Shown: positions 26,316 to 38,226 of the stretch, piece by piece
Position numbering within the stretch: the stretch's first letter is position 1
How the letters are laid out: each line of letters begins with the position of its first letter
Assembly: GCF_006345805.1 (NCBI RefSeq)
Contig: NC_043001.1
Span: 105,958,001-106,022,000 of the forward strand
DNA from: Octopus sinensis
Lineage: Eukaryota
Length of the DNA stretch: 64,000 nucleotides
Direction: 5' to 3'
The notes under the pieces: generated by a model
What the model was told of the DNA's origin: nothing
Databases searched by the model: none
Seen by the model: the letters and a program-made list of their open reading frames with translations, nothing else
Translations under genes and position numbers: made by a program

Positions 26316-26845
26316 TATATATATATATATATATTGCTTACAAATGTTTTGTCTTTAAACGGAGCGGGACGTTTAAAGCTCGAAACGCACACGAGTTGAT
26401 GATAAAGTGAATATTTTAGAAATTGATGTTACTATCTCCAACTGAAGAGTGCAAAGCATGTCAATTGATATTGGTGTATGTAAACTATCTTCAAATTCCA
26501 TCCTCAAGGTAGGCCTATTTTTTGAAGTACCCATTGCGTTGCTTGTGTGTGTATTTATCGTGGTTTTTAAAGCTTTCGCTTTCATCTTTGGCAAGGGGTA
26601 TTTTTACCCTTCTTTTCTTTAAATATTTCATATTAAACTTATTAAGGTAGGAGTCTCGCCAACCACCTCATTATTACTGTTTTGGACAGTAATAATGCTT
26701 CTATATTATAGGAAATATAATTATAGCTAAGGGTTACTGGAAATGACCATTGCCAATGCTAGAAGCAGATGTAAAATACCTACAAACCACTCTAAAAAGT
26801 ATTGGATAATTATTTACCTCGAGATTTCACGCTCTGAAAACAAAA

Positions 26846-26918
<73 letters not shown>

Positions 26919-27116
26919 CTCATATATATATATATATATATATATATACTCATATATATACTCATATATATATATATTATATATATACTCATATATATAA
27001 ATATATGTGTGTGTATGTATACATACATACATACATACATACATACATACATACAAATTGTGATGAGCGTATGTATTGAGTTTTGTTTCTTATTATCAAT
27101 ATTATACTAAAGCATA

Positions 27117-27705
27117 AAAGAGCGAGCTGGTAAAATATTTGTTATTCGATCTCAGGGCTTAGCGACATTTCAGTATTTGAGTTTTGAGTTCAAAGCGGCC
27201 GGCGTTGACCTTGTCTTTCATCCTTTTGTGGTCGATAAGGTAAATGCCAGCAGAGGGCTGGAGTCAACCACCTCTGAAATTTCTTGCTTTGTTCCATAAT
27301 TGAAACGAATATCATATTTCAACATCAAGACCGTGAGCTGTCAGAATCGTTAGCACGCCGCCGCGCCATATACTTAACGTCAATTCGGTCGTGCGCTCGT
27401 TCTCAGGTCGACGTTGACAATTATCCGTTTCGGAATCGATAAAGTAAGTACCTGGGGTAGATCTAATCGACCTACCACTTTCTCGTTAATTGCTGACATT
27501 TTGCCAAAATTTGTAATCCATACTATGCTTTAAAATAAGGCGGTGAGCTGGCAGAAACGTTAGCATCCCGGGCCGACTTTGCCTTTTATTCTTTCCGTGT
27601 CGATGAAATAAGTACCAGTCTAATACTAGGGTCGATATAATCGACATACCTTCTTCCCTGAAGTTGCTGGCCTCGTGCCACAATCTGGAACCGATATCAT
27701 ATTCC
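27117..27705 (+). mobile_element. Three head-to-tail family B SINE copies (starts ~27117, ~27329, 27537)
   Basis: Each begins with gcgagctgg / gtgagctgtcagaatcgttagc / gcggtgagctggcagaaacgttagc and shares a gtcgataa...taa(a/g)t(g/a)cc motif. Confidence 0.7.
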
Positions 27706-29018
27706 AACATTTCGTTTCGTATAAACGAAATCACTGTTTCTGCGAAGTAAAAATGTCTGAGAATGGCAACATATGGTCAAAATTAGAAACGAGATTGTGA
27801 TCGAAATATATGAATTTAATGGAGATTAGTTGTAGACGACATTAAGTATCTAAAATGTATATAAAAATTAGCTAATAATAGTTAAACATGTCAATAAAGT
27901 TGAATATCACTAAAAATTAATGAACTATTTGTAATTCATCGAATTTAACGTCAATCACGTAACACATCATTATTAATTGTACGTCTATTTGTTAAATTAT
28001 CAATAGCACGCTATGTATAGCGGTTAAACCAGTGTCTTTTAAATGATTACAGTAATTAAGAGAACTTATAACATTTAAAAGTAATTTTTGATTTATTTAT
28101 TTGTCTACCTTGAAATGCTTTCTCTTTATTTATCAATTTCTTATGTAATTTGGATCGATAAATCTTGCGACATTCCGCTGAAGCCGAGGTGTAGTCTATA
28201 CGTTTGTCTTCCTACTTACAATTTGTTACCGTACTCTTCAACCGGTGATGATTTATGTGGAATACGATGCCACAATATAGACATTATGTAATCTCGCCAG
28301 CGTTTAAGAATACCTGATTGCTTTACTGAAAACCACTGCAAAGGTTGCTATCTGGATTAGGTCGAACCAATATGATCATTGTCCTTCTGAACTAATTTTT
28401 TAAGGATGCATTCTACCACAGTGTCTGCATCATTGAGGCTATGGATCTTGTAGCTCTTTCTGTGAGTGTGCATTTCTTTAAGGTTTTCCATCTTCAGCAG
28501 GGTATCTAATACTTTTTAAGGATTTTTCTAGTAGTGTCCCCGGATGTTGTAATATCTATCTGGGCATTTAAGGATTGTTGGTTTGTGATGACAAAAACTG
28601 TGACTTGTGGCACCTGGGGCCACAGACATGGTGCTTCTTATCAACGTTTGTTTATTTAAATATTTTAGTAATTACTTGCTGTTTATGTGAAATACTCACA
28701 CATTTTTATACAACGTAGGGGTAACATGTTTACAGTGAATATATGATACCCGTCATAACTCTCAGTACATTCTTGTATATTTTTCCTTTATATCCTGACT
28801 CAGTTAATTTATTCTATACAAAAGTTTGTTGTTAATTTCATGAAGTTTGATATGACTCCGAATTTGTCTACTGCGTACATGAGACATAAATTATGGAGAA
28901 GGCATAGATGTTTGTTGTTACATTTACATAACTTTGGGAATTTATGGACAATAGTACTATCAGAGTTATTCATGAATGGCAAGGAATTATACTATACATG
29001 TGTGCGTGTTAGTACGTG

Positions 29019-29118
<100 letters not shown>

Positions 29119-29542
29119 GAACCTCATTCGTATGTTTGTATGTTTTTAAATTCGGCGGTACTGGACGTTGAATGTAATCTGTCTGATTCTGTTAGTTGAA
29201 GAGGTACATTCGATTCTTCCAGTGCCTCCAGATTTAACATTTTAATATTATAAAGTCCCATGCTGATGAGGAAAGCGTTCCGAGTAAAGTATAAGTTCTA
29301 CATTCTTTATACCGAACTAATTCTGAAACGCGAACATGGGTAGTCAAATATCGATTGCTTTTCGTTTTTCTTCATCTCTGCCTGCTTGGATTGTTTTCTA
29401 GTACTTTGGAATCTCCTGGAATCTCTTTTTAAAGTAGAAGAAATAGCTAAGGTTCTCTGGCTGCTATTTCTAAACTTCGGTATGTGGTAAAGCAAATCTT
29501 TGCTGAACACTAATTATAATATATATATATATATATACACTA

Positions 29543-29626
<84 letters not shown>

Positions 29627-29719
29627 ATCTTTGAGTGCGAGTGTGAATATTTGTGTACCTATTATATCTAATTTGGCTAATAGAAACGTTGTAAGCAGTT
29701 CCATTATTTTCTGGTGCGT

Positions 29720-30271
29720 TATGTCTATACTCTTATTTTATTAAACGTCTTAACAGTTAATTTATTCTATACTAAAATTTTATTAGCATTATTAATAATA
29801 GTACAATATCTGACAATTTCCCACGCAAAAACACCATAACCAATAAAAGAAGGAATTCTACTTCTGTTTTAATATAAATGTCAGTACATAATTTCATTAT
29901 TATCCTTAATTACTAAATAGTAATTACTAAATTTACATCTAAATAATTAATATTCTTATATTGTTACAATTTCTGGTGGCTATAAGCTCACTGGGGTATA
30001 TTTTCTCAGTAATAATTCAAAGAAACCATAATTAGGTATAAATATATCATATCCATGTATCTGCAGCATCCATTAAGTTGTTTAAGTAAACCAATCTTTT
30101 TCCTCGCACATCGGTCTTTAAGAAAAAGGAACTCGCAAGATGAAAGATAGAGGTCCGCCGACAGAGGACTACAACTGCCATCCATTGAAATTCCCCTAAC
30201 CTGTTTAAACATCACACCTGCAAACATAAACGATTTATTACTAATAAAACTAATCATTTTTATAATCTTTG

Positions 30272-30285
<14 letters not shown>
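29720..30285 (-). mobile_element. Penelope-like element reverse transcriptase remnant (motifs B'/C plus thumb)
   Basis: FKQVRGISMDGSCSPLSADLYLSSCEFLFL...CCRYMD (QxxGIxMGxxxSPxxADLYL; RYxDD), then after frameshifts IYPSELI..., NYLDVNL and YGVFAWEIVRYCTI. Confidence 0.75.
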
Positions 30286-30345
<60 letters not shown>

Positions 30346-30452
30346 TATAATAAATTCAGGGTGAATACTTAATAAATGTAAGCACCTGAATATATCAGCT
30401 AGTGGTATAGGTGATAGGATATTTGTATATGCCAGCTATTGATGCATATATA

Positions 30453-30496
<44 letters not shown>

Positions 30497-31022
30497 GGGT
30501 GTGTGTTTGTGTGTACATATATATATATATGAATATATATATATATATATATGTGTGTGTGCGTGTGTATATATGTGTTTATGAGTGTATATGTATATAG
30601 AGAGATAAAATTAGAACGAAAGATAATGTGTAATCATAAATCCATCTCCACCGCTGGTGATTGAGTCTACGCATACACTCCGAAGTCTTTGAAGTCCGTA
30701 GAGATATGTATTTACGTTTCATTATGTTATGCTGTTTTCTGTGTAATTAATTACTCATTTCTAAACATATAAGAATTAGCTGTATCTCGAGATAATGACA
30801 AATGTCATGACATTCAAGAGATAACATTTGAATAGATTTAATTTCATATATCTATATCTGCATGTTAATTAAGTTAATGAATTTAAAGTATTAATTTACC
30901 GATCATATATTTCTAGAAATACACGATAACCATGTGTGTGTGGGTGTGCATGCATACATGTATATATATATATACCGATATATACATATATATATATAGA
31001 CATACATATACACAGATACACA

Positions 31023-31056
<34 letters not shown>

Positions 31057-31311
31057 TATATATATATATATGAAAAAGTTGCGGAATGGAATAGATAATA
31101 TATGGGTTACATATATGTTTCATAGTGAGTAGAACCTCAGAAGTGACAAATATTTACCGTGAAAAAGAACGTCTTCAGTTTATCGTACCTATATTCGGAA
31201 AAATATGCCCGACCTTCCGTCTCAATAAACAAATATTGTTCCCAAAAGTTGTTTCTAATATCTAATACGGATTGCTTAAAGCTAACTTTCTGTTTACACA
31301 TCGATATCTGG

Positions 31312-31380
<69 letters not shown>

Positions 31381-31469
31381 TGTGTGTGTGTGTGTATGTA
31401 TGTATGTATATAGAAGTATATATATATAAATGTATGCATGCACACACACACATACATTACATGGTTATC

Positions 31470-31503
<34 letters not shown>

Positions 31504-32767
31504 TTTCTTTCTTTATTCATACTTTCCTATGTATGTCTATATATATATATATATATATAGTTCATCTTCAATCCTGTAACGACGTTCTGTTACTATGACA
31601 GCCAAACCGATAATTAATCACCCGTTGCTCGCGCAAAAACAACAGGACTAAACCTTTTAATTAATCCCGGCAGACCCGAGCAAGACTGTCCAAATCCCAT
31701 TCTATAGGGATTCTGGACACCATCTCTTTTTAGAGGCGATCTTGGTAAAAACCTACTCTCTTTGTCGACGTAGGGAGATTAGTGACTCAGCCATGTTTCT
31801 AGCCTATCGTGACTTTTTAAGCAAACCAAGACATGGTTGTATAAATGTAAACTAATGTTTTTTTGGGGGTTTTGTTTTTGTATTGAGTAGAAATTTCCGT
31901 AATGCGAACGGTTAGTCAAAGAGAAATTAATTTCACACGCCCACATAGAATGAAGCCAATAGCAAATATAATTATATGTTACAGACCGGGAGTATACTGA
32001 TCTTTATCGTATTGGGACTTCGAAGTACACGTTCTCCAGTTTGTCGTTGTATTTTCACAAGACACTCAGTTTATTAGCAAAAGAAAACTTTGTAATACGT
32101 TGATGTTTTGACTGGGCTGTCTCCCTCAGTTCAAACCTACCACCTGATTATTGGATCTACATAAACATACTGACATTTTTTACAGCAAGAAGCATATCAT
32201 AAATCATTATCTGATGGCCACTGAATCCGTCTAACCGATACAATTTATGAACATACGAAATTATGTGCGTGTAAAATTTATGTACTGAACAAAGGCAGGA
32301 AAACGATGATATATCTTCTCAGATATCAGATATCTACACCGAAGCACGTGAATCAAAAGAATGCCCTATCAATATATTCCTAGTTCTTTCTCGGTGTCTT
32401 GAATGTTAATATACTGATCGCTGTTTCTCCACTTAGACACGGTTTATGCACCATGCATTCGATATCTTGTCGGCAGAGATGGGGGTGATTCGTTGCATCA
32501 CTGTGTTCTGACATTGTCGTGTCTCTTCAGTATAAAATACGTTCCGGATAATAATTCAAACTACACCGGTTGAATTATTACCCGGTGTAGCTTGCTGAAA
32601 AAAACAAAACACCAAGCAAAATATCTTGTGATGCGTGTTGATCACAGTCGATATCATCACTTGCACCCGACATAGAGAGATACTAAACAATCACATATAT
32701 CTTCGTTCCTTTTTTAGGGACCACCAGAGCTGATCATGAATTACAAAGCTCTATTCTCTTTTGCGTG

Positions 32768-32995
32768 GAGGCGCGTGGCTTAGTGGTTAGGGTGTCAGCA
32801 TCATGATCGTAAGATTGTGGTTTCGATTCCTGAACCGAGCAAAACACTTCATTTCACGTTGCTCCAGTCCATTCAGCTGGTAAAAATGAGTAACACTGCG
32901 ATGGACTGGCGCCCCGTCCAGCTAGGGAACGCATACGCCATTGGAACCGGGAAACTGGTCCCATGAACCTGGCTAGGCTTTAAAAGTGTGCATTT
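32768..32995 (+). mobile_element. tRNA-derived SINE family C, tail type 2, inserted in the array
   Basis: A box tggcttagtgg, B-box-like tttcgattcc, core ttcacgttgctccagtcca.tcagctgg.aaaaatgagt shared with 45562-45889. Confidence 0.8.
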
Positions 32996-34639
32996 ATTTT
33001 TTCTATTATTCTCTTTTGCCTTAGAACAGCTGCTTCATGTAGACGAATTTCATTTCATAACATATTCTATCCATAAACGTCAAAAGACAATGGGATACTA
33101 CAAAGCTTTGCCCAGATGTGTCAGTTCATTCCAAACAACCAACAGATCAATTAATCTAACCAAGATTGACGATCTTCGTTCAAAGAAATCATCAAACACA
33201 TTATATGTCTATGTGTGTTGAGGAGTTCCAAAAGAATGACTCATAATGTACACACAAAACAGAGAAACATAAACGTTGCTGTATCTATCCATTCTTTATA
33301 GATTTTGGTAGACCCGGACGTAAATGAAATAATTGCAGCTTTGTTGGTAAAAATCGAAGAACATCTTCACAACTCAGACGATTGGTGTTGACAGCATTCT
33401 TGTTTGGTTGATATAAGTGGACATTGTAACAGCGAAATGCTAAACAAAAGGATCTAATTTATAGAAAGAAGAAGTAAGCTATTTGCTGATATTTGTTGAT
33501 TACTCACCATCCAATATCCTTTTATCAGAGAAATTTAAAACAATCAAGTAATACGCTGTGGCATCCCGAGCTCATATATAGTAATCGCTGTGTTCATATC
33601 GGCTTGGGAAACATTTCTCTTCCTTTTAAACGATGTTTGTTCATCGCACACTCGGTACATTGACAAAAGATTAATTTGTGATATTGAAGTTAAACAAGAT
33701 TAGTGCACCATGTAAATAGAATTTAGGAATCAAATTATTTGCTGACGTGCGCTGATGTTGGCAAAAAGGATAATGAATCATCGCTCGCATGCAGAATGGC
33801 GAGGATAACTATGGCGTATTTATTCAGTCTTAAAAGAATTTTACAAACACCATCGTGTATAAACTCATCAAATTATGGCTCTTCATCATCTTCGGCGAAC
33901 ATCTATCTTTGAAAAGATGTAAAGAAACTTTCATTGACGTAAAGAAAGTTTTAAGTGACTGTATTTGTTTTTCAGTGGGTGTGTCGTCAAAATTGCACCC
34001 ACATTAACGGACCCAAACGTGAATACAAGCATTTGTTTATAGAATGTAGCATGCACGTTATTTCTCAGTGCGTGCTGAAAGCTTCCATGCCCAGGATTAT
34101 TGCTTGGTTGCACGCAGACAGAGAGAAATAAAGCTAATTATATATCTCTTAATCCTTAATATGTTCTAATTGAAAGGCACGGGTATTGCTAACAGTAGAA
34201 TTATTTCGCGTTTCATGTATCCTCCGTCATTTAATCGAAGTGTACTCAAGACGTCTTTGAGAAGTCGAAGAAATGTGGCCAAGTTGTGTCTGATTTGTCG
34301 ATGCTACCCTATGATGATTGCAAGTATGTAGAAGTAGTGATACTTCTTTTTTTAATATATAAACCAACAATTAAATATCTGCGTGCTGATAGATACCACA
34401 TCAGTTAATAAGTCCCCCAAAACTACGGAGAATCTATACGATGTGGTGTTTATTAATCTCTTGGCACGTTTTGATTGACACGAACGTCAATGCCTTAATC
34501 ACTAACACATTTCGAAATCAGAGACATCTCCCTTTCGCCGATGTTTCTGCACAATACATTTAATACATTTACCGAAGATTGTTTTGTGACACTACACAAT
34601 AATATTAAGTACTGTCTCGATTTGCAGGAATCATGTGGT

Positions 34640-34850
34640 GAGTTACCCGGTTTCTATGCTGTATAAGTAACCGAGAACACGCCTGTACCTGCTGAACCGG
34701 ACGCCTGCTTGTCGAAGGTAATTACCTTATAGCTGAGTAGACTGGTGCAATGTGAAATAAAATGTTTTACTTAAAAGCACAACGCAATGTCGGGATATGA
34801 AAACCAAGATTTTGCAAAGGTGAATGCAATCATTTAATCACCGGAGCTCA
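34640..34850 (-). mobile_element. Degenerate SINE family C, inserted in the array
   Basis: agctgagtagactggtgcaatgtgaaataaa is the reverse complement of the family C core; its length accounts for the 520-nt gap between array units 34517 and 35037. Confidence 0.6.
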
Positions 34851-36036
34851 CACGTAAACTAGAAGAATGCTGTATCTTATTTATGAACACAAGCGAATAC
34901 ATTCTTTGCTATTGGGTACAGACGACATTCACGTGCAGACAGGATAAAGATAATCAGATGACTGACGTTTCTATACATTTTTAATAAGTCTTAGTAGACG
35001 CGATCGTCAGTTTAATCGCCGTTGTTCTATTTCCTTTTCAGAGAAAATCCGCCCATTGAACTTTGGTATTCACATATCATTCGAATTATTTATATAACCC
35101 CACTAAGAGTGACAAAACTTTTTAGAATTCGTTGTATTTTACTGAGACCTATACACTGCGCAACGAATCTAAACAAGAGTAGCAAGTTTTCGTCGTACAA
35201 TGAGCAAACAGTTTGCTAATGTGTATTGATGTAACTTTTCAGGTGTCGGCAAAATAACACGAATTAAAGTATATATTTATTTGATCTTAATACGTTCTGG
35301 GAGACCAGAGTCTGAGAATCCTAAGGGCTGTTGTATTCGCATTTCGGAGAATGTCTCCGTTAAGATGATTCTTGTTAAACACACTCATTCTTCACAGATG
35401 TAAAAGTATTTTGAGGTACTGTTGTGTTTCGACACTGTTTTGTCTTTTCTATTAACGCTAACCCTGGATCAATGGATCTAAAGAAGATTAATGGCTCTTG
35501 GTAATAAAATTTTGCAAACAAATTAATTGCTGGAGCGTGCTGATGTCTGCCAAACCGATAATAATTCATCACGTGCGCACAGAATAGCTGAAATCAAAGC
35601 ACTGGTGATTCTTTTCATTCTTAATGCATTTTAGCAAACCCGAAACCTAAATATACTAGTCGCTATTGTATTTGGAATTCGAAGGTTATCCTCTCCTTTT
35701 AGTCGTTGTGTGTTCACAACTCTATTCATTCACCGAACAACTCTTTGTGATACTGGGGTCGAGATACTGTCTGTGTCTCTTCAGTCAATGCTGCCCTTGA
35801 TCAATAAAGCTAAACCAATGAAATGCTATTTTTTTAAAGGAATCAGTGAACATATTATATTCTAGCGCATAAAGAATTCATCATGTTTAGGCAAAACGGC
35901 GACAACTAAATCGGTGCTATTTCTATGCATTCTCAGAGCTTTATGGCAGACCCGATCACGTATATTGTAATAGAGGTTTTATTTGGTCCTCGGAAAAAAA
36001 ACTTGCTCTAGAAAATTGCTATTTTTTAAATCTCAC

Positions 36037-36213
36037 AACGCAGGAGTTGCTGTGTGGTAAATAGCTTGCTTAATAGCCACATGGTTCCGGGTCCATTCCC
36101 ACTGCGTGGCACCTTGGGAAAGTGTCTTTTAATAAAGCCTAGAGCCGACCAAAACCTTGTGAGTAGATTTGGTAGACAGAAACGGAAAGAAGCCGTCGTA
36201 TATATGTATATAT

Positions 36214-36260
<47 letters not shown>

Positions 36261-36498
36261 GTATGGATGTATGTGTGTGTGTGTTTATGTGAATTCTTTG
36301 TCCTCCCAACATCGTCTGACAACCGATGGTGTGTTTACGTCCCCGTAACTTAGCGGTTCCACAAAAGAGACCAATCGAATAAGTACGAGGCTTACAAAGA
36401 ATAAATCCTGGGGTTTAATTGCTCGACTAAAAAGGCGGTGCTCCAGCATGGCCACAGTCAAATGACTGAAACAATTAAAAGAGTAAAAGAGTAAAGAG
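36037..36498 (+). mobile_element. Full-length SINE family A, inserted in the array
   Basis: Collinear with 4370-4833. Confidence 0.9.
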
Positions 36499-37911
36499 TA
36501 CTCAGCAACAAGAATTTGTAGTAAAGATCGTTTCCCAACATAACCCAGAAATCGCGATACACAGATACTGTTTTGAGCTGAGTGGGTGTGCTAGATTCCC
36601 TTGTTTGAGAATATAAGAACACAGATCGTGTCGTATAGCCAGCTGGAGATGATATCTCGTGGGGCTAAATTAGAGCAAAAGTTATTCTTAAACCAGGACT
36701 GCCATGTTATGTTGGCAAACAATCTTTACTATAACTTACTCTAGGTGTGAGTTTTCAACACAGCTTTAATTGATTAATAGGGATTTGGGACCCTTCAGTT
36801 GTTTGGACGGTTCCGTTCAGTGAAACATACCCCCTGTTCCAGGTACCAGAACGTGTGTAATGCTACGTCATTACACAAATCAACAAAGACTGTACAGGGG
36901 CGTGCACGCGTCTGCAAAAACTAATAATTATTAGGAAGCATAGCATAACCGAGCTAATCGATATAATACCATGCCTATTCATCATTAACACTTGTGGCAG
37001 TGCCGAGGATGGATATAGCAATCCCTATTTTATTTGAACTGTGGAGCACATCTTAGTTTAGACACTGTGTATTTGCAAATCACTTGATTTATTGATACCG
37101 CCGTTAAAGACGATTAAAGGTATTTACTTGTAAAAATCAGTAAATAAATCTTTCTCTGGTTCCCGCTGATGTTTGCCAATGCTATAATAATTCATTGCTT
37201 GCTCGAAGAACAAAGAGAATCTGATCAATAATGCACTGATTCATTCTGGCAGGCCGAGTGTAAATATTATCTATAATGTTGTTTTATTTCGTCTTCGGAG
37301 AACATCTCCTTTAAGATGTTATGTTTTCACAGAGCATTCATTGAGGTAAGGTGAATTCGACAGAACATTGCTTTTCAACCTTACTGTGTTTATTTCATGT
37401 TACACCTGGAAAAACGATCTAAACAAGATTAGTAGCTATTTTTAGCAGTAAGCAGCAAACAACTGAAGGACGGTGATGGCTGTGAAACCGATACAAATTC
37501 ATGATATGTAAGGAGAAGTGAGCAAATCCAAGTGATAATTTAACTATTAAATCTTAATACATTGTGGCAAACACAAGTGTGAGTATTTTATTCACGGTTC
37601 CGTTTCGTTTTCGACGAACATCTCTCTTTAGAAGCTGTGTGTTCACAACACAAGCAATATATCAACGAAGAGCGAATTGGAGAAACCACGGTTAATAACA
37701 CGTTTCGTCTTTTCACTCAAAGTCACACAAGGAACGATAAGTTATTTTCTTTATGCATCCTGGTGTTTGCCAAATCTATAACAACAATTTAACAGACGCA
37801 GCAGAAAGTCAATCAAAACAATATCGCATCTAACCATTTGTACTACATCCTGGGGGGGGGTGAATAATTAATTTATTATCAGAAGCTGGAACTTAACTGT
37901 CAAAGAAGAAA

Positions 37912-38226
37912 TTTTAGTCGAAAACATTGCCACCAGTACTTACTTTTTATAAGCCTGGTACTTACTCTATCGGTCTCTTTTGCCTAGCCACTAAGTCACG
38001 GGAACGTAAACACACCACCACCAGTTGTGGGGCAGCGGTGGGGGGATTAATACAGACGCAAAGGCACATGCACTTAGATAATATATATATATATATACGA
38101 TGGCTCCTTTCTAGGTTCCATCTACCAAATCCATCCACGAGGCTTTGGTTGGGCCACTTTGTGGGACTGAAAGGGGGACCATGCTTTTTGGGATGCAAGT
38201 TTCTTAACATACGGTCAAGTATAACT
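37912..38226 (-). mobile_element. SINE family A, degenerate
   Basis: tacttactctatcggtctcttttgcc...aagtcacgggaacgtaaacac...ccatctaccaaatcca. Confidence 0.75.

Larger units (their letters stand above)
31560..37850. repeat. Cryptic, highly diverged ~310-bp tandem array of unknown nature (about 17-18 units)
   Basis: Block TTCGGAGAACATCTCC-like at 31712, 32019, 32325, 33016, 33353, 33604, 33891, 34212, 34517, 35037, 35343, 35678, 35989, 36754, 37040, 37294, 37610. 35343-35367 vs 37294-37318 match 22/25; 35539-35569 vs 37165-37195 match 27/31. Confidence 0.85.

Noticed and set aside
29256-29285. Hammerhead-like CUGAUGA-GGAA-AGCG-UUCC
   Set aside because: GAAA is replaced by GAGU and no stem I or III can be formed.
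31560-37850. Protocadherin ectodomain (cadherin repeats have a similar ~105-110 aa period and are expanded in octopus)
   Set aside because: No DxNDNxP, LDRE or AxDxGxP motifs in the frames I checked on either strand.
31560-37850. CRISPR-like array
   Set aside because: Eukaryotic context, period far too long, repeats not identical, no cas genes.
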